From Jatrophihabitans sp. (GTDB lineage: Bacteria > Actinomycetota > Actinomycetes > Mycobacteriales > Jatrophihabitantaceae): 18,589 nucleotides of DNA. The position numbers and the translations under genes are program-made. Below are positions 14,611 to 18,589 of the stretch, piece by piece. Under the pieces are notes generated by a model. That model made no database searches and was not told the origin of the DNA. It saw only the letters and a list, made by a program, of their open reading frames with translations. The stretch is taken from NCBI RefSeq assembly GCF_025963285.1, contig NZ_JAOPUX010000209.1; one strand, written 5' to 3'. Numbering within the stretch: position 1 is the first letter of the stretch; the number at the start of each line of letters is the position of its first letter.

Positions 14611-15261
14611 ATGCCGAACGCCGAAAAGACCGGCGCGGTCGCCGAGCTGTCGGAGCACTTCGCCACGTCCAGCGCGGCCGTCATCACCGAGTACCGCGGT
14701 CTGACCGTCAAGCAGGTCACCGACCTGCGCAAGGCGCTGGGTCGGGACACGACGTACTCCGTCGTCAAGAACACCCTGACCAAGCTGGCTGCGGCCGACG
14801 CCGGTGTCACCATCGACGACGCGCTGCTCACCGGCCCCACGGCCATCGCCTTCGTCAAGGGCGACCCGGTCGAGGCAGCCAAGGGTCTGCGCGACTTCGC
14901 GAAGACCAACCCGCTGCTGGTCATCAAGGGCGGTGTCCTCGACGGTAAGACGCTGTCTGCCGCTGAGGTCAACAAGATCGCCGACCTGGAGTCCCGCGAG
15001 GTCCTGCTGTCGAAGATGGCCGGTGTCCTCAAGGCACTGCCCACCCGCGCAGCCGGTCTCTTCCAGGCTCCGCTGTCGCAGATGGCTCGCCTGGCCAAGG
15101 CACTCGAGGAGAAGAAGCCTGCAGAGGCAGCAGCTCCCGAGGCGCCCGCAGAGGAAACACCCGTCGCCGAGGCCCCCGTGGCCGAGGTCGAGGAGGCAGT
15201 CGAGGCACCCGCCCCCGTCGCCGAGGACAGCACCGAAGCTTCCGCCGAGCCGGCGGAGTAA
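14611..15261 (+). CDS. rplJ: 50S ribosomal protein L10
   Basis: [44 protein letters not shown]... is canonical L10 with an Ala/Glu/Pro-rich C-terminal tail. ATG 14611 has GAGAGGAGG 6 nt upstream and is preferred over track TTG 14605. Confidence 0.95.
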   Translation: MPNAEKTGAVAELSEHFATSSAAVITEYRGLTVKQVTDLRKALGRDTTYSVVKNTLTKLAAADAGVTIDDALLTGPTAIAFVKGDPVEAAKGLRDFAKTNPLLVIKGGVLDGKTLSAAEVNKIADLESREVLLSKMAGVLKALPTRAAGLFQAPLSQMARLAKALEEKKPAEAAAPEAPAEETPVAEAPVAEVEEAVEAPAPVAEDSTEASAEPAE

Positions 15262-15324
15262 GTACACCAACCCGATTGCCGGCTCATCCGGCGTGAATGA
15301 ACTACACGAAAGGAAGTGCCAGTC

Positions 15325-15711
15325 ATGGCGAAGCTCAGCACCGATGACCTGCTCGACGCGTTCAAGGAGATGACCCTTCTCGAGCTCAGCGAGTTCGTGA
15401 AGCAGTTCGAGGAGACCTTCGACGTCACCGCCGCCGCTGCTGTTGCGGCTCCGGCCGTTGGTGGGGCCGGCCCGGCCGCTCCCGCCGTCGAGGAGGAGAA
15501 GGACGAGTTCGACGTCATCCTCGAGTCGGCCGGCGAGAAGAAGATCCAGGTCATCAAGGAGGTGCGCACGCTCACCAACCTGGGCCTCAAGGAGGCCAAG
15601 GACCTGGTCGACGGCGCCCCGAAGCCGGTTCTCGAGAAGGCCGACAAGGCCGCTGCGGACAAGGCCAAGGAGGTCCTCGAGGCCGCCGGTGCCACCGTCA
15701 CGGTCAAGTAG
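15325..15711 (+). CDS. rplL: 50S ribosomal protein L7/L12
   Basis: [34 protein letters not shown]...[59 protein letters not shown] 15325 has AAAGGAAG upstream and is preferred over track 15316. Confidence 0.95.
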   Translation: MAKLSTDDLLDAFKEMTLLELSEFVKQFEETFDVTAAAAVAAPAVGGAGPAAPAVEEEKDEFDVILESAGEKKIQVIKEVRTLTNLGLKEAKDLVDGAPKPVLEKADKAAADKAKEVLEAAGATVTVK

Positions 15712-15735
15712 TACCTGCACCACTCAGCACCACTC

Positions 15736-15775
15736 GAACGGGCGGTCCGCGCAAGCGGGCCGCCCGTTCTGCTGT
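15736..15775 (+). terminator. Intrinsic terminator after rplL
   Basis: Perfect 10-bp stem GAACGGGCGG / CCGCCCGTTC with an inner mini-stem ccgc-gcaa-gcgg, followed by TGCTGT. Confidence 0.65.
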
Positions 15776-15784
15776 GGAGGCCGC

Positions 15785-15917
15785 GTGACGGGCGACTTTG
15801 TGCGTGCTGCCGGTGCGTGACGGCCCACATTGTGCGTGCTGCCGGTGCTGACGGGCGACTTTGTGCGTGCTGCCGGTGCTGACGGTGCGCCGCAGCACCG
15901 AGTGCGCGCACAAAGTG
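15785..15917. repeat. Three tandem ~32-bp direct repeats plus a partial inverted copy (GTGACGGGCGACTTTGTGCGTGCTGCCGGTGC)
   Basis: Copies at 15785-15816, 15817-15848 (variant with cccaca) and 15849-15879. An inverted partial copy cgcagcaccgagtgcgcgcacaaagt lies at ~15889-15917. Together this can form a long imperfect hairpin (ACTTTGTGCG...CGCACAAAGT). Intergenic between rplL and the convergent asparaginase-family gene. Confidence 0.8.
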
Positions 15918-15935
15918 GGCCTGACGCCTGGCGCG

Positions 15936-17009
15936 CTACGGCGAGAGCAGCTCCGCCAGCCAGGGCGACGGGCGCAGCGACCCCACGGGCACGCCGCCGC
16001 CCAGCACCGGGACCTCGCCCCAGCTCAGCTCCGCCGCCCAGCGGCTCGGCTCCGCCGCTCCCTGGCCCGGCTCCGCCGCGCCATGGCCCGGCTCCGCCGC
16101 TCCCCGACCCGGCTCCGCCGCGCTGTGGCTCGGCTCCGCCGCTCCCTGGCTCGGCTCCGCCGCCCAGCGGGCCAGCACGGCCGCGAGCAGTACCGGTAGC
16201 GCCCGGGCGCCCCCGTCCTCGAACTTCGCGGCGAACGCCCGACCGTCCGGCAGGGCAGCGGCCCAGACGCCCTCCGCGCCGTCCTTGCAGATCAGTCCTG
16301 GGACCGCGGCCATCGCCAGGCTCGCCGCGCGCGTGGTGCCGCCGATCAGCAGGGGATGCCGCCGCATCGCGTTGGCAACCATCGAAGACGGGCCTGAGCC
16401 GGCCGAGGCCAGCCGCGCGAAGGCGGTGGCAAGCCCGGTGAGGGTCACGGCAAAGGCGGGCGCCCCGCAGCCGTCCACCGCGACGGCGGAGACCTCGACG
16501 CCCGTCAGCACCTCGATCCGGTCGCGGATCTGCTGCTGCAGCGGGTGGGCCGGGTCTCGGTAGGACGGCAGCGGCAGCCCAGCGGCCACACAGGTGGCGA
16601 GCATCGCCGCGTGCTTGCCGGAGCAGTTGTGGCAGATCGGGTCGGCCGAGCCGCCGCCGCGAACCCAGTCGATCAGCGCCGTCTGGCTGCCCGGGAGCGC
16701 CGCCGGGCACTGCAGGGCGGACTCGTCCAGGCCCGCCGCGGCGAGGGTGGCCCGTGCACCGTCGACGTGCATCGCCTCGCCGTCATGGCTGGCCATCGAG
16801 AGGGCCAGCGATGCGCCGCGCCCGATGAAGCCGGCATCCAGCATCGCGACCGACTGCAGCGGCTTCAGCGCCGACCGGGGGAAGACCGGATCGTCGGCCG
16901 TGCCTGCCGTGAGCACCCCGGCCGGTTCGAGCAGCACGATGCTGCCCCGATGCACCGACTCGACATATCCGTCGCGGACGACCTCGATCAGCACCGGTGG
17001 GGCAGCCAT
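15936..17009 (-). CDS. Asparaginase_II-family protein (Rhizobium AnsA-type L-asparaginase) with a C-terminal AAEPxxG heptad-repeat tail
   Basis: MAAPPVLIEVVRDGYVESVHRGS...PRSALKPLQ...HNCSGKHAAMLA match the conserved motifs of this family, from memory. ATG at 17009. The C-terminal ~75 aa is low-complexity sequence encoded by a 21-bp tandem repeat. Confidence 0.7.
   Translation of the reverse strand: MAAPPVLIEVVRDGYVESVHRGSIVLLEPAGVLTAGTADDPVFPRSALKPLQSVAMLDAGFIGRGASLALSMASHDGEAMHVDGARATLAAAGLDESALQCPAALPGSQTALIDWVRGGGSADPICHNCSGKHAAMLATCVAAGLPLPSYRDPAHPLQQQIRDRIEVLTGVEVSAVAVDGCGAPAFAVTLTGLATAFARLASAGSGPSSMVANAMRRHPLLIGGTTRAASLAMAAVPGLICKDGAEGVWAAALPDGRAFAAKFEDGGARALPVLLAAVLARWAAEPSQGAAEPSHSAAEPGRGAAEPGHGAAEPGQGAAEPSRWAAELSWGEVPVLGGGVPVGSLRPSPWLAELLSP
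16023..16169 (-). repeat. In-frame 21-bp tandem repeat x7 (core GGCTCCGCCGC) encoding (G)AAEPxx heptads at the asparaginase-family C-terminus
   Basis: Units near 16026, 16044, 16065, 16086, 16107, 16128 and 16149. Copies 2 and 6, and copies 1 and 7, are identical, giving a symmetric array. Confidence 0.85.
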
Positions 17010-17029
17010 CAGCCGACCGTACCGCCGAC

Positions 17030-17806
17030 TCAGCTGCCGGACAGACCCAGCTTCGTGGTCGTCGCGCTGCTCAGCGGGGCGCCCGTGAGGCCGGCCCGCA
17101 CCTCGTCGGGGGAGCCGGCCAGCCGCTCTACGAGCCGAGCAGCCTGCGCCTCGTCGATGTTGGCCACCAGCTCGTCGAGCTCGCGCCAGAGCTCCGACTC
17201 CGCGGCCGCGGCGAGCAGTTCGTCTACCTGGATGTCGGTCAGCATCGCCGAGATCTCACCCAGGCGGGCCGTGTCGTCGAGGACGAAGCCGATGCGCAGC
17301 AGCTGCTCGCCGGTGAAGGCGGCCACCGACGAGCGCAGCCCGTCGATGCTGACCACCGAGACGAAGCCACCGATCACCACCCACTCCTGCCGGGCGGCGA
17401 GTTCGCGGGCGACCATCGCGATCCGCTCCGGTGGGATCTGCTCGATGATGTGCGGCGAGCGGGCCGGGTCCATGACGGCCGAGACGTTGGCGAGGTACCG
17501 CTCCGAGAGCCGTCCGACCATGTCGACGGCCTTGGCCGGGTCGAGCAGCTCGGAGGTGCGGGCCGCGATCATCGGCGGCAGCGCGAACTCGGTGATCTTG
17601 GCCGCGAGCGCGCTCGGGATGCTCTTCGAGAGCGCGGCGACCTTCACGAAGTGGTGCCGGTCGGCCTGGAAGAGCGCCTCACTGATCTGGCCACGGAGTG
17701 CGCGGAGATCGTCGGCGGGCACGGCGGAGAGGAACGCCAGTTCCTCGACGTCGACCGAGACCTGATGCGCCAGCTTCTCCAGCTCGGCCTCCGGGGTGCT
17801 CGTCAT
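17030..17806 (-). CDS. Hypothetical alpha-helical protein (258 aa)
   Basis: ATG at 17806 with GAGGAGG SD 5-6 nt upstream (reverse complement of cctcctc 17811-17817). The track's longer 287-aa form has an unconvincing Arg/Cys-rich N-terminus. No family recognised. Confidence 0.55.
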   Translation of the reverse strand: MTSTPEAELEKLAHQVSVDVEELAFLSAVPADDLRALRGQISEALFQADRHHFVKVAALSKSIPSALAAKITEFALPPMIAARTSELLDPAKAVDMVGRLSERYLANVSAVMDPARSPHIIEQIPPERIAMVARELAARQEWVVIGGFVSVVSIDGLRSSVAAFTGEQLLRIGFVLDDTARLGEISAMLTDIQVDELLAAAAESELWRELDELVANIDEAQAARLVERLAGSPDEVRAGLTGAPLSSATTTKLGLSGS

Positions 17807-17843
17807 CGGGCCTCCTCGCAAGCTCGTCGTCCCGCAAGCTCGC

Positions 17844-18059
17844 TCATCCGAGCAGCGTCTTCTTGACCAGGCCGCGGATCGGGAACGGCACATGCTTGAG
17901 CGAGGCCTCGAACGACGCGGCCAGGTCGCTGGCCTGCTTGCGACGGGCAGCGGCGACGATCTCGGCGAGGCGGGCCTGGTCGGCCGGGGGCAGCGCGGCG
18001 ATCGACGCGGGCGGGGCGCCGCCGAGCAGCTGCGCCAGGGTGGGATCGGGCGAGGTCAT
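17844..18059 (-). CDS. Small hypothetical protein (71 aa), translationally coupled to the upstream amidase
   Basis: The ATG at 18057-18059 (minus strand) overlaps the amidase stop (ATGA). MTSPDPTLAQLLGGAPPASIAALPPADQARLAEIVAAARRK... Coding status is uncertain. Confidence 0.4.
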   Translation of the reverse strand: MTSPDPTLAQLLGGAPPASIAALPPADQARLAEIVAAARRKQASDLAASFEASLKHVPFPIRGLVKKTLLG

Positions 18060-18589
18060 CGGTCGAGGCTACGTGGGTCGACCCAGCCACCGAAGGCGCG
18101 CTCCAACTCTGCCGCCACCGCGATGCTCACGTGGTCGCGTCCGGCGCCGGCCACCACCTGCACTCCGAGTGGCAGCCCCTTGGCGCCGAGGCCCAGCGGC
18201 GTCTGGGTCACGGGCAGCCCGAAGAGGTTGAAGACCGCGGTGTTCGTGGTCAGCCACAGCTGCGCGGTGGTGGTGCGGTGTCGCGGCGCGAGCCGGGGGA
18301 ACGGCGGGTAGAGCAGCGCGCCGTCCCCGATCGTGGCGCTGAGCGCGTCGGAGGCACGCCGTGCCGAGTCGACCACCCGGCGCATCGCGCGCGTCCGGAC
18401 GGCCCGTAGCGGGGCGTTGTCGACGAGCCTCAGCAGCGCGGCCGGGGCACGGACGAGCGGCGGCAGCCGGCCCGGCGTCGACGGGGACTCGACGAGCCCC
18501 TGGAACGAGGCAAGCATGTCCAGCTCGCTCCAGACGACGCCGCCGAACTGGGCCAGCGCCATCCGCATGGAGCGCAGCGACACCTCGCG
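18056..18589 (-). CDS. Amidase-signature family amidohydrolase, C-terminal part (N-terminus beyond the window end)
   Basis: The C-terminus ...AVFNLFGLPVTQTPLGLGAKGLPLGVQVVAGAGRDHVSIAVAAELERAFGGW matches the conserved amidase/GatA-like tail (FN..G.P..s.P.G....GLP.G.Q.vg...d.......A..LE). The ORF is open to the edge of the window. Confidence 0.65.
   Translation of the reverse strand, partial: REVSLRSMRMALAQFGGVVWSELDMLASFQGLVESPSTPGRLPPLVRAPAALLRLVDNAPLRAVRTRAMRRVVDSARRASDALSATIGDGALLYPPFPRLAPRHRTTTAQLWLTTNTAVFNLFGLPVTQTPLGLGAKGLPLGVQVVAGAGRDHVSIAVAAELERAFGGWVDPRSLDR

Noticed and set aside
14418-15911. 497-aa minus-strand ORF
   Set aside because: Antisense to rplJ and rplL, and spans the intergenic repeats. 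Ribosomal protein identities on the plus strand are unambiguous.
15785-15917. Possible CRISPR array
   Set aside because: The 32-bp repeats are directly adjacent with no unique spacers, and there are no cas genes nearby. Described instead as a tandem/inverted repeat element.
15724-16710. 328-aa minus-strand ORF and 15830..16441 plus-strand proline-rich ORF
   Set aside because: These are alternative frames through the 21-bp and 32-bp repeat arrays. The Asparaginase_II frame (15936..17009) carries the conserved motifs.
16545-17893. 406-aa and 289-aa plus-strand ORFs
   Set aside because: Antisense to the asparaginase-family gene and the 258-aa gene.

Overview
This is a high-GC, actinobacterial-type window covering the conserved transcription/translation locus: tRNA-Trp, secE, nusG, rplK, rplA, then rplJ and rplL. 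A partial MaoC/hotdog-type gene, a class I aminotransferase (minus strand) and a flotillin-like SPFH gene with a short NfeD-like partner lie upstream. About 8.3 kb of accessory DNA sits between rplA and rplJ. Its core is a tightly packed, apparently translationally coupled plus-strand cluster of four genes. These are a signal-peptide-less subtilisin-like S8 protease with a 4x HPYTTG coding repeat, an ECF-type sigma factor (its GTG overlaps the protease stop), a 166-aa soluble protein ending in a CarboxypepD_reg-like beta-sandwich (its ATG overlaps the sigma stop), and an 842-aa TPR-CHAT (caspase-like) protein. A divergent 255-aa unknown lies upstream of the cluster and a ~690-aa secreted protein with three internal ~115-aa repeats lies downstream. 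I read the four-gene cluster as a candidate proteolysis-controlled sigma-factor or conflict-type module that has not been described, as far as I can judge from the sequence alone. Downstream of rplL the minus strand carries an amidohydrolase-type cluster: Asparaginase_II-family protein, a 258-aa unknown, a 71-aa small protein and a partial amidase. The window is unusually rich in tandem repeats: 19-bp x4 noncoding, 18-bp x4 coding, 21-bp x7 coding, and 32-bp x3 plus an inverted copy. There are also several perfect palindromes and hairpins at operon boundaries. Most other long ORFs in the six-frame track are antisense artefacts of GC bias.
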